Source: Verrucomicrobia bacterium UBA1183 (GTDB lineage Bacteria > Verrucomicrobiota > Verrucomicrobiia > Opitutales > UBA9783). Taken from it: a stretch of 62,396 bases of DNA. Below, piece by piece: positions 17,465-26,214 of this stretch; position 1 is the stretch's first letter, and every line of letters starts with the position of its first letter. The DNA is taken from the NCBI GenBank assembly GCA_002309885.1, contig DBYP01000012.1, positions 1 to 62,396 on the forward strand, in the 5' to 3' direction. The notes under the pieces are model-generated. The model searched no databases and was not told the DNA's origin. It saw nothing but the letters and a program-made list of their open reading frames with translations. The translations under genes were made by a program, and so were the position numbers.

Positions 17465-17964
17465 AACTTTATAACATTTAAAATTTTCTGTACTTTAAAG
17501 TCAAGATTATCCATGATATTATTATCTATAACCAAACTAGGATGTTCAGGCTTATCAAAAGGAATATCCATACCTACAACATCGTAGATTTCATTTTTAA
17601 GCACACGAGAATATAGCTCTTTCTTGTCTCTTTTTATCAAATTTTCCATGGATACATCAACGAGAACTTCGTAATAATCCTTGATGGCCTTACGATTAAA
17701 TTCGTGTACCTCTTTATGCATAGAAATTGTAGCACAAATCACATGGATGCCTTGATCGGTTAGATATTTACACAAGCGGGACATGCGCTTGGCCATAATC
17801 TTACGGCTATTCAAATCATAACCAACATCTTGCCCCATAACTTCTCGGAAACAATCACCATCCAACAATACCCAGTTATTGTACTTTTGTTTTAATTTTT
17901 CGTATAACGCGGTTGCAATTGTCGTTTTCCCTGCTCCCGCTAAACCTGTAATCCAAATAAGCAT
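17461..17964 (-). CDS. cysC: adenylyl-sulfate (APS) kinase
   Basis: IWITGLAGAGKTTIA P-loop, LLDGDCFR, ICATISMHKEVHEFNR and RDKKELYSRV follow the APS-kinase consensus. Confidence 0.9.
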   Translation of the reverse strand: MLIWITGLAGAGKTTIATALYEKLKQKYNNWVLLDGDCFREVMGQDVGYDLNSRKIMAKRMSRLCKYLTDQGIHVICATISMHKEVHEFNRKAIKDYYEVLVDVSMENLIKRDKKELYSRVLKNEIYDVVGMDIPFDKPEHPSLVIDNNIMDNLDFKVQKILNVIKL

Positions 17965-18050
17965 GATGCTTTCATCAGATTTTCTTTAAGGAATTTTGTC
18001 AATTGGAAAAATCTAAGAATCGATTTTCAGCTTCGATGTTTAATGTACCA

Positions 18051-18310
18051 TTATTCAATTTCAAATTTTTTTTGCAGTTTTGCATACCCGTTATTATAAA
18101 CCAAAGAATCTGAAGGAATATCTTTTGTAACTAAACTTCCAGCTCCAATAACAACGTTATCACCTACAGATATTCCAGGCAAAATAGTAGAATTAGCTCC
18201 CATAGACATATTATTACCGACAAATGTATTTAGTAAATTGAAATTTTCAGGATACTTACCATTGCAAAAGGTCACATTGGGACCAATAAAAGCAGGCTCT
18301 AGACTGGTAT
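18051..18310 (-). pseudogene. hexapeptide-repeat (LbH) acetyltransferase, N-terminally truncated by IS insertion
   Basis: GANSTILPGISVGDNVVIGAGSLVTKDIP is a left-handed beta-helix acyltransferase repeat. The first ~10 codons of ORF 18051..18341 derive from the IS-end repeat that is duplicated at 20325-20437. Confidence 0.6.
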
Positions 18311-18937
18311 CTTTTACAACCTCCCCAAAATATCTGTTCAATAAAGTAGGCGAAATTATCTTTTCTATGATTAAATCTACATTCGCCTTCTTTTAAATGC
18401 AAGATAAATTTTGCATCGGTTAAACCGTTAATTTTGCGAAGCGCCGTTAGGAGTAGCTCCAGAAGCATTCAATGCCATTGATATGCAATTTCCCGCGAGC
18501 AAATTCGTTCTCGCTAAGTGATTGTAGCTGTTGAGGACGCGTCCATCGTAGGCTTTAATCGTCAATCCCTCTAGGATTTTCCCTTGAATAATGGGTATCA
18601 ACTCTTCCTTCGAGCAATTCGGAACGATCATCACAAACACTTTTCCATTCCTTTTTAGCAGCCCAAAACTGGTGTTTTGCCGGCTGCGCCACGTCCTCTT
18701 TTCCCGCGAACCCGGCGTGCACCAAAGTAACTTTCGTCCAACTCAAATTCGCCCAATTCCTTCTCCTGCTCCTTCAAAGAATGTTGCAAAATCCCCTCTC
18801 GAATCTCGTTGTAACATACATTTACCGCGTCCCGATTTATCCACCAAATTTTGTTCGCAGAACTCGCTGTTATCTCTTCCCAAAAAACATAAAATAATTC
18901 TCTTTATCTTATATCGGCTCAATTTATGATATTTCAT
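18311..18937 (-). pseudogene. degraded IS1595-family transposase gene (multiple frameshifts)
   Basis: Three fragment ORFs (18256-18468, 18428-18640, 18743-18937) align by eye with the intact copy at 23048. Compare KEGECRFNHRKDNF with KETEWRFNHRTENI, VPNCSKEELIPII with VNNCSASELVRII, and YKIKRIILCF with FREILRLFCADL. Confidence 0.6.
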
Positions 18938-18978
18938 GACTTCCCTAACTATTTTGTTTCGAGATGCTAATTAAGAGC

Positions 18979-20238
18979 CTAATTTTCATTCAAAAGTTCA
19001 ACCAGCTTATTGGCTATTTTTTGAGAAGCAGGTTCTTTAGTGATTGTAAAGAATTGCTTACGTATGGATTTTCTAACTTTTTTCTGTTCTTCCCAAATTT
19101 TATCATTTTTCAATACTTTTAGTATATCATCGCTTGTACAACAAGGATCAAAATTTATAATTTCTTTGCGCAACAAAACTTCAGGTGTATCTAAACCAAA
19201 TGGATATCTTTTTGCTAGATAATTGATATTATCTGTATTTAAAAACAAAACATTTTTATCGTTATAAATAGCAGTAAACACACTACCTCCGTAATCACAA
19301 AATACAAAATCAGCCATTTTCAATAAATCACAACTATTTATGTCTTTTTTTATTACATGAATATTAGATAATTTTTCTAAAATTTTATCTAAATTTTGAA
19401 TTTCATGAAACGAAGCTGGGTGAGGTTTTAAGTAAATATCATAATTATCATGCAAAGATTCAATAATTCTTAAAAATTTAGGCAAAGAACTTACTGGAGT
19501 ATGCGTAGGCAACCAAACAATGGTTTTGGGGGAAGTCCATATTCGCCTATTCTGCGGATAACTAGATAAATTTTCAAATCTGGTACTTCCAAAATCTAAA
19601 ATTTCTTTATTTTTCCCATATGCTTCTTGGTATACTTTTTTTGAAAAAGGACCTACGCAGAAGATTACATCAAAGTATTTATTATAATCCTCATATGTAT
19701 CTAGTAACATAAATCCTTTTGCACCTAATATTTCATCTATTTTTACACCCTTTTCACAGAGATATGGAAACAGTAATTTACGCTTAAAACCTTTATAATA
19801 ATAACCATAATTTTCCACGCATTGACCTACACCTATAGTAAATCCAATATTTTCGGTAAAAATGGTATTTAAGTCGAATATTTCTTCACTAAATTCTCTG
19901 GAGATCAAATTTTTTAAATCTTCTATTTGTTTTAATTGTTGTCTTTTCGTATAAAAACGTAAAACATCCACAACATTTGGAATAACAAAAACAAAAGAAC
20001 CTTTAGGTAAAGCAGATATGATATTACGTTTATGGAAAAACTCTGTCTTAGAACTTATAAAAAACGCAATTTTATGAATAAATTTCCTAGATTTTAAAAC
20101 GTGCAAATTTTCAGTAAGCCGAAAAGCATGCAAACATGTAAAATATTTTGTAGATAGAGGAATTTTTAAAATATTGAACCAAAAACATAAAATATTTGTA
20201 AGAAGTGTTCTCAGTAATCTTTTTATTATCGTACTCAC
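18979..20238 (-). CDS. putative CDP-glycerol glycerophosphotransferase-like (TagB/TagF family) polymer transferase
   Basis: VWLPTHTP, YLKPHP and MADFVFCDYGGSVFTAIYNDKNVLFLN resemble the TagF-family YAPTxR, K.HP and DYSSxxFD blocks. Assignment is by pattern only. Confidence 0.45.
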   Translation of the reverse strand: MSTIIKRLLRTLLTNILCFWFNILKIPLSTKYFTCLHAFRLTENLHVLKSRKFIHKIAFFISSKTEFFHKRNIISALPKGSFVFVIPNVVDVLRFYTKRQQLKQIEDLKNLISREFSEEIFDLNTIFTENIGFTIGVGQCVENYGYYYKGFKRKLLFPYLCEKGVKIDEILGAKGFMLLDTYEDYNKYFDVIFCVGPFSKKVYQEAYGKNKEILDFGSTRFENLSSYPQNRRIWTSPKTIVWLPTHTPVSSLPKFLRIIESLHDNYDIYLKPHPASFHEIQNLDKILEKLSNIHVIKKDINSCDLLKMADFVFCDYGGSVFTAIYNDKNVLFLNTDNINYLAKRYPFGLDTPEVLLRKEIINFDPCCTSDDILKVLKNDKIWEEQKKVRKSIRKQFFTITKEPASQKIANKLVELLNEN

Positions 20239-20324
20239 TATTCAATCTCCTAGGCAATTGCTACATGTACAGAGCTCAACACCTTACCATTTAGCTCCAA
20301 AAGCTTAATTTTCACGCAGATTCT

Positions 20325-20437
20325 ACAAACCTCCCCCAAAATATCTGTTCAATAAAGTGGGCGAAATTATCTTTTCTATGGTTAAATCTACATTCACTTT
20401 CTTTTAAATGCAAGATAAATTTTGCATCGGTTGTAAG
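20325..20437 (-). repeat. ~110-bp direct repeat of the IS1595-like 3' end (second copy of 18311-18425)
   Basis: CCCCAAAATATCTGTTCAATAAAGT.GGCGAAATTATCTTTTCTATG.TTAAATCTACATTC.C.TTCTTTTAAATGCAAGATAAATTTTGCATCGGTT is present at both sites with a few mismatches. Confidence 0.75.
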
Positions 20438-21127
20438 TTCAACTTTGAAGTGCAACCCCTAAGCTCGAAAAGAACCGCGAAGCAAGGAATGCGAAGCCCA
20501 AACATTTTCTAGGTCTAGTGTTAATTTTTTGTCGGCAATCCGCGAGGTATGCTGCGGTGTAAACAGTTTTCGTTTTCTTCGGGAAGTACTGCCGCAATAA
20601 GCGGTTCGTATTCTCGTTGGTTCCGCGTTCCCAAGGGCTGTGCGGATGGGAAAAATACACCGGCGCATTCAAGCGATTTGCGATGGTTTTATGGTCGGCG
20701 AATTCAACGCCGTTGTCAAGCGTAATTGACTTTACGGCCTGCGGAAAGTGCCGGAATAGCCATAAAATGGCGTTTCGAACAGTCTCGGATTTTTTGTTTG
20801 GGACCTGCGTAACCAACAAAAAACGCGTCTTACGCTCGACCATGGTGACGAGATGGCTTTGACCGCGGACAAGCTCAACGGTGTCGCCTTCCCAGTGTCC
20901 GAATTCCGCTCGGGAACTGAGATTCGGACGATTTTCGATAGAAGTTTTTGAAGCGTCTCGAGGCCTTCGTTTCGGCAACCGCCGCCGTCGTTTTTTGCGC
21001 TCCCAACGCAAGTGTTTCCGTTCCAGCCGCCCCGCCTTGATTTCCGCATAAATCCTGCGATAAATGGTCTCGTGACTGATTTTTACAACGCTCGCTATCT
21101 GTTCTGGACTCCAGTCTAAATTAAACC
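20438..21127 (-). mobile_element. IS30-family element remnant (3' two-thirds of the transposase plus terminal repeat), truncated by IS5-like insertion
   Basis: ORF 20439..21149 has the DDE region HWEGDTV, TLDNGVEFADH and PWERGTNENTNRLLRQYFPK. The N-terminal HTH part is missing. The terminal repeat TTCAACTTTGAAGTGCAACCCCT is at 20438-20460. The first 8 codons of the ORF come from the IS5-like inverted repeat. Confidence 0.8.
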
Positions 21128-22026
21128 TCCTGCAAAAGTCGCCGTTCATTGAATAACATATAACAACGTAAAGAGATTGCCAAAAAAGAAAAGCATGCTT
21201 AAAAATAAAGCGTGCTACGAAATATCACGAATAGAGATTCGTTTACAAAGAATCACAGGAGTCAAGTATGAAAACTTTCAAAAATTTGTTAGCAGACTCA
21301 ATCGCTCATGGAGAGCGGTACAGAGGCGTAAGTTAGTTGTGGGCAGGCCGTACGGAGTTGGCGATTTGCGTGAACATTTGCTGTTGCTGCTGATTTACTA
21401 TCGGACGTACACGACGCATTTGTTTTTGGCACAAATTTTCAAGGTGGACGAGACGACGATTTGCCGAGCGATACGGCGCATCGCGCCGCTTGCAGAGCGG
21501 ATTTTGAAAATAAGACCGGAAAAACTATTGAGCGAAAACGATCTGCAATTATTGATCGTAGACGCCACCGAACAGCGGATTGAACGGCCGAAAAATCAAC
21601 GTGATTATTACTCGGGCAAAAAGCACGCCCACACGATTAAGACAGAGATTATAACCGATCTCAAAGGACGAATTTTACGGGTATCTAAGCCGTATGAAGG
21701 ACGTGTTCACGATTTTAACCCGAGGGCCCCATTACCAGCGGTCCCAATTTTGGCGGATTCTGGCTATCAAGGCCTTCAAAACGAACATTCGGCTAGAGTA
21801 ATTTTACCGAAGAAAAAGCCGAAAAACGGCTCTTTGGGCGACATTGAAAAAGCTGAAAACAAAAAGCTTTCCCGTCGTCGAATTGTCACTGAACATGTCT
21901 TCGCTCACCTCAAAAAATGGCGCCTCCTGGCCGATCGTTATCGCGGCCGTCTCACCGACTATGCCCAAATTTTCCAAACCATCGCCGGAATTTACAACCT
22001 ATCCTTATAAAACGACTTTTGCAGGA
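21127..22026 (+). mobile_element. IS5-family/DDE_Tnp_4-type insertion sequence nested in the IS30 copy
   Basis: Inverted repeats TCCTGCAAAAGTCG (21127-21140) and CGACTTTTGCAGGA (22013-22026) bracket the transposase ORF. Confidence 0.7.
21177..22010 (+). CDS. DDE transposase (IS5 family, Harbinger/DDE_Tnp_4-like)
   Basis: LLIVDATEQRIERP, KKHAHTIKTEIITDLKGRIL, ILADSGYQGL and RRRIVTEHVFAHLKKWRLLADRYR form the typical DDE_Tnp_4 pattern. An alternative start at ATG 21195 is possible. Confidence 0.8.
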   Translation: MPKKKSMLKNKACYEISRIEIRLQRITGVKYENFQKFVSRLNRSWRAVQRRKLVVGRPYGVGDLREHLLLLLIYYRTYTTHLFLAQIFKVDETTICRAIRRIAPLAERILKIRPEKLLSENDLQLLIVDATEQRIERPKNQRDYYSGKKHAHTIKTEIITDLKGRILRVSKPYEGRVHDFNPRAPLPAVPILADSGYQGLQNEHSARVILPKKKPKNGSLGDIEKAENKKLSRRRIVTEHVFAHLKKWRLLADRYRGRLTDYAQIFQTIAGIYNLSL

Positions 22027-22298
22027 AGTCTATTCTTTCGATTTTTTTAATCTTTTACTTCAATGGATTGTACTTTAATGTTGAATGTGTCAAAAAATAC
22101 ATTTTTTACTTGATTTTTCATAGTGCAGGGATTATCCCGAGAATACGTATTCTTTTTAAGGATGGTTGCTTGTGTTTGGAGTTAGCTGCAAAATGCACAA
22201 ATGTCTGTTAACCCAAAATTTGGCAATGATGGAAAATAAAGATGGAAATTTCCCATAAAAAAACAATACGTCAAAAAACATTAGAAAGGTATAAAATT

Positions 22299-22847
22299 AT
22301 GAAATTGAAAATGATTGCATGGTGTACTGCGCTAACAAGCTTAGCTTTCTTCGCGTCGGGAGCATTTTGGTGTAAAAGATGCCAAAAAGTGCATGAATTG
22401 GTGGGAGATTGCCCTGAAGTAGGAATGGAGTGGGCTTGGTCACATCCGGATAGTGTCCCGGAATTTATGGAAAGGTATGATAATACCAATCCGGATGCTT
22501 CTTGGGAACAACCTGACTACGCTTCTACTTTAAATGGAATTGTTAGCTATATAAGAGACCAGATCCATGTATTGACAGAAATACGAATTATTCGAGAGTA
22601 CTTGGATTTATTTCAACCTAACGGTACCATTAGAGAGATAGATGAACAGAGATTTAGGGATCGCCACATTATTAGAGCTACAGGTCCGGAATCATGGGAT
22701 CAATCTGAAATTTCTTCTGATATGGATCGCATTTTAGAAGCCATAAAATCCAGATTTCACAATTCAGGAGATATGCAAGCCATTCGCAATGCTCTTGATA
22801 ATCAGGAAAGAAGGATTCGTTCGGGAGAATTTGATTTTCGAGGTTAA
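22299..22847 (+). CDS. hypothetical membrane-anchored/secreted protein
   Basis: ORF 22242..22847. The likely start is ATG 22299 (MKLKMIAWCTALTSLAFFASGAFW). No motif. Confidence 0.5.
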   Translation: MKLKMIAWCTALTSLAFFASGAFWCKRCQKVHELVGDCPEVGMEWAWSHPDSVPEFMERYDNTNPDASWEQPDYASTLNGIVSYIRDQIHVLTEIRIIREYLDLFQPNGTIREIDEQRFRDRHIIRATGPESWDQSEISSDMDRILEAIKSRFHNSGDMQAIRNALDNQERRIRSGEFDFRG

Positions 22848-22911
22848 GTTTAAAGAATTTTCGTATTTCGAATCGTAACTACTTCACTTTGGGAGTTTGA
22901 TTCCAGGAATG

Positions 22912-22939
22912 GATACCCACGGGTGAACCCCATGGGTAT
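22912..22939. repeat. solo IS200-end-like hairpin
   Basis: GATACCCACGGGTGAACCCCATGGGTAT resembles the hairpins at 6941-6968 and 35541-35566 (reverse complement). Confidence 0.5.
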
Positions 22940-22998
22940 TTGTTCCTCTATGTTCCCATTCCGAGATGTGTTTGTATTTCGTTTTCGTATTTTTCTTT

Positions 22999-23739
22999 GG
23001 TTCTTGACAAGATTAGGCTAATGATTTAACCATAATAATCAGTTTAGATGCAGAATAACAAATACATAAAACATACACACATTTCTGAGGGTAAATTTCG
23101 AGAGATATTACGGTTATTTTGTGCAGATTTAACATCGACACAAATAGCGAAGATATCGAAAATAAGTCGCAACACAATCAATCGTGTTTTGCAATTATTA
23201 CGTAAGCGAATTGTAGAACTTGCGGAAGCAGAATCGTGCTTCGAGGCAGGAGAAATCGAAGTGGATGAATCTTATTTTGGAGCCAAACGGGTGCGGGGTA
23301 AAAGAGGTCGTGGAGCGGGTGGCAAGATGAAGGTTTTTGGCATGAAAAAGCGAGGCGACAAGGTCTATACGCAGATCGTAAACAACTGTTCTGCATCCGA
23401 GCTAGTGCGGATTATTAAAAGGTTAGCGCCGGATGACTCAACTATTTATAGCGATGAATGGAAAGCTTACGACGGGCTCGTAAACGCCGGCTACAAAAAG
23501 CACTACAGGGTAACCCATTGCGAGGATGTTTTCGCTAACGGAAGAACCCGCGTAAACGGTATTGAAAACTTCTGGGGTGTTGCTAAAAACAGACTTGCTA
23601 AAATGCGTGGCATCACTCGCAAAAACTTCAACCTTCACTTAAAAGAAACCGAATGGCGTTTCAACCATCGTACCGAAAATATTTACAAACTGTTGTTAAC
23701 CAATCTTAGGCATTGCCCTATCTAATCTTGTCAAGAACC
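22999..23739 (+). mobile_element. intact IS1595-family insertion sequence
   Basis: Terminal inverted repeats GGTTCTTGACAAGATTAG (22999-23016) and CTAATCTTGTCAAGAACC (23722-23739) flank a single transposase ORF. Confidence 0.85.
23048..23725 (+). CDS. IS1595-family (ISXO2-like) DDE transposase
   Basis: 225 aa. N-terminal HTH (LTSTQIAKISKISRNTINR), EVDESYFG, IYSDEWKAYDGL and KETEWRFNHR are typical of DDE_Tnp_IS1595. Confidence 0.9.
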   Translation: MQNNKYIKHTHISEGKFREILRLFCADLTSTQIAKISKISRNTINRVLQLLRKRIVELAEAESCFEAGEIEVDESYFGAKRVRGKRGRGAGGKMKVFGMKKRGDKVYTQIVNNCSASELVRIIKRLAPDDSTIYSDEWKAYDGLVNAGYKKHYRVTHCEDVFANGRTRVNGIENFWGVAKNRLAKMRGITRKNFNLHLKETEWRFNHRTENIYKLLLTNLRHCPI

Positions 23740-24003
23740 AAAATTTTAACAGATGGAATTTTCTCAACATTTTACACCATTTACTACGAGAGGAAATGCC
23801 CGTATGTTTCAGTATTTATGAGGCTAGAAGGCATTTTTGATAATTAGCAAAAAGGTAAAAATTTTTCACGTTTTGCCAAAACACCGAACGATTTTGCGCC
23901 AAAGTGCCGATTTTGTGGTTTGAGATAATATTTTGCAAAAAGTTTTGAAACAGCAAAATCACTAGAGGTTCGTATCTTCGGCTTATCGGCTTTTTCTGGA
24001 ATT

Positions 24004-24030
24004 AGGGGTTGCACTTCAAAGTTGAATGTG
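24004..24030. repeat. solo IS30 terminal repeat
   Basis: AGGGGTTGCACTTCAAAGTTGAATGTG is the exact reverse complement of 62052-62078. Confidence 0.65.
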
Positions 24031-24293
24031 CCAATTCATGTAAGCAGCTTTTTGCAGAAATTTTACAAAAAATAATTTTTTACTTGACTTTTGTATTTAA
24101 AGACTTTTCGATGTCACCCGCGAAGTGCGTATTACGTACGCCTTCTAACCAAAGCAAGGAAGCATGGTCTGTGGTTTATTGAAAAGTCTCGTCGCTTGTG
24201 ATGATCGTAGTTACGCGGAGGAAAGTCATCCGAGGAGTGCTTTTCCCTTATATTGGAGGATTTTGATTCTTAATCTTGGCGATTTTTGTAAAA

Positions 24294-24325
24294 GGGCTTT
24301 GCATTTCAAAGTTGAACTTGTACAC
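24294..24325. repeat. solo, degenerate IS30 terminal repeat
   Basis: GGGCTTTGCATTTCAAAGTTGAACTTGTACAC compares with GTTGCACTTCAAAGTTGAACTTACAC at 43027-43052. Confidence 0.55.
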
Positions 24326-24515
24326 TTCATTTCTTATTTCCAGACGGCTTTAAATAAAACAAGCCGTTTCGTATTTACTCAATCCCTTCAACCTAAGGAA
24401 AGCATGGCATAAAAATATAAAGCATCTGTCGTTAACTATTTAGGACCCTCCGTTGCATGAGTTTAACCATTCAGGTGAGTGGTTTCATCTGAAACAAATT
24501 GAGAGGATTCTATAT

Positions 24516-25208
24516 ATGTTAAAAGGAAGTTTTATGTTGGGTGTCTTGGTTTCGTTAAGTTGTCTAGCTTTTGGTTATGCACCAGAAAATGAGCGAGGAA
24601 TACTTGCGGATTTAGGCATTACGAAACAGGAAGCTACAGATTTAGGACTCTTAGGTAGGATATCCCAAATCTTAAAAATAAGAGAAGATATCTTTCGTAA
24701 TAGCGCGATCCTTACGCCAAGTGGCTTTGTCCCTGCTGATTGCCAAGGTTCTTGGAGTACAAAATATTACGAAGAAATATTGCCTAGCTTAAGAAGAGAG
24801 TATGGAGATTTAAAAATTGAACAAGCCAAAATCCAGAGGCAATCGCAAGCTGATCGACAATTACAGGCCACCTTGGCTGATATCCAAAAACAACTCAAAG
24901 AACAATCTGAAAAAATGGATAAGCTGGTTGCTGGTAATGCGCAGTTTATCCGGTTCCTTGTTTTGATGGACTCGTCTATCACATCGGAGAGGGATATTCG
25001 TGCTCGAGTTGAGGCGGCTAAACAGCTTCTCGAGTCTGATCTTGTTGATGAGCAGCAGAAAGTACTTTTACTAAACAATAAGATCAAAGAGCTGAAAGAA
25101 AAGGCTGAAACGGTTGCCGTTGAAAACGCCGAATTGAGAGCCCAAATGCAAGCTGAGTTAGAAGCTATACAGGTTCAGCTCAAAGAACGCATGTTGTCTA
25201 TGATGTAA
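24516..25208 (+). CDS. secreted coiled-coil protein, paralogue A
   Basis: The start was chosen at ATG 24516 by homology of the leader to paralogue B (MLKGSFMLGVLVSLSCLAFG against MLRRSLVLGVLISLNCLVFG). The C-terminal ~108 aa are nearly identical to B. Confidence 0.65.
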   Translation: MLKGSFMLGVLVSLSCLAFGYAPENERGILADLGITKQEATDLGLLGRISQILKIREDIFRNSAILTPSGFVPADCQGSWSTKYYEEILPSLRREYGDLKIEQAKIQRQSQADRQLQATLADIQKQLKEQSEKMDKLVAGNAQFIRFLVLMDSSITSERDIRARVEAAKQLLESDLVDEQQKVLLLNNKIKELKEKAETVAVENAELRAQMQAELEAIQVQLKERMLSMM

Positions 25209-25288
25209 AATACAGATCGATTAGAAGTATTGTTTAACCAGATTTGGACGAGTAAGTTTGTCCAGAACAAATTGAGAGGATTCTATAT

Positions 25289-25945
25289 ATGTTAAGAAGA
25301 AGTCTTGTATTAGGCGTCTTGATTTCGTTAAACTGCCTAGTTTTTGGTGATGCACCTACCACAGCAGAGGGTATTCTTAAAGATTTAGGCATTAGCAAAG
25401 GACAAGCTGTCGCTATAGGCCTTTGGAATAGGATAGGTCCCATTTTAAAAACAAGAGAAGGTTTTAGGAAGCAATATCGCCACTGCGATCACAGATATAT
25501 TGTCAATGGGCGTGTAGTAAGGGAAGAATGGAGTTACAAAGAAGCAGATGAAAAATGGGCAGATGAATACTATGGGAATATTTTACCCAATTTAACAATT
25601 CAAGTCACTTTAGCAAGTATTCAAAGACAGCTCAAAGAACAATCTGAGAAAATGGATAAGTTAGTTGCTGGCAATGCGCAGTTTATCCGGTTCCTTGTTT
25701 TGATGGACTCGGCTATTACATCGGAAAGGGATATTCGTGCTCGAGTTGAGGCGGCTAAACAGCTTCTCGAATCAGATCTTGTGGATGAGCAGCAGAAAGT
25801 ACTTTTACTAAACAATAAGATCAAAGAGCTGAAAGAAAAGGCTGAAACGGTTGCCGTTGAAAACGCCGAATTGAGAGCCCAAATGCAAGCTGAGTTAGAA
25901 GCTATACAGGTTCAGCTCAAAGAACGTATGTTGTCTATGATGTAA
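25289..25945 (+). CDS. secreted coiled-coil protein, paralogue B
   Basis: 218 aa with a signal peptide. C-terminus QLKEQSEKMDKLVAGNAQFIRFLVLMDS.ITSERDIRARVEAAKQLLESDLVDEQQKVLLLNNKIKELKEKAETVAVENAELRAQMQAELEAIQVQLKERMLSMM is shared with A. Confidence 0.65.
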   Translation: MLRRSLVLGVLISLNCLVFGDAPTTAEGILKDLGISKGQAVAIGLWNRIGPILKTREGFRKQYRHCDHRYIVNGRVVREEWSYKEADEKWADEYYGNILPNLTIQVTLASIQRQLKEQSEKMDKLVAGNAQFIRFLVLMDSAITSERDIRARVEAAKQLLESDLVDEQQKVLLLNNKIKELKEKAETVAVENAELRAQMQAELEAIQVQLKERMLSMM

Positions 25946-26214
25946 AGGAGGAGGGAATGTGGAATATGAATAAACAAATTTTGATGTTTTGCAGACCACT
26001 TTTTTGGAGAATGCACTCAAGACTTTGAAAGAAAAGATGGAAGAGTTGGCAGTGGAAAATGAATCCATAAGAGCGGAAGTTGAAGCTTCAATCCAAGGAC
26101 TTCAACTTAAACTCAAACAGTGGATTAACTTAGATTCAATTTATGAAAAATAGCATTAGAAATATTACACTTTGGTTAATTATAGGCATTTGTAACCGTA
26201 GGAAAGGAACAGTT

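Noticed and set aside
22066-24100. Shared AAAAAATA(C)ATTTTTTACTTGA(T/C)TTTT block after IS30-like ends at about 22092-22125 and 24066-24098, considered as a conserved promoter of paralogous secreted-protein genes
   Set aside because: The downstream genes (22299 and 24516) are not visibly homologous. The block is short and AT-rich, so it may simply be part of the IS30 flank. It is not strong enough to report as a regulatory element.
24164-24412. 82-aa ORF between solo IS30 repeats
   Set aside because: It spans a solo IS30 terminal repeat (24294-24325) and surrounding debris. It has no motif and is likely non-coding.
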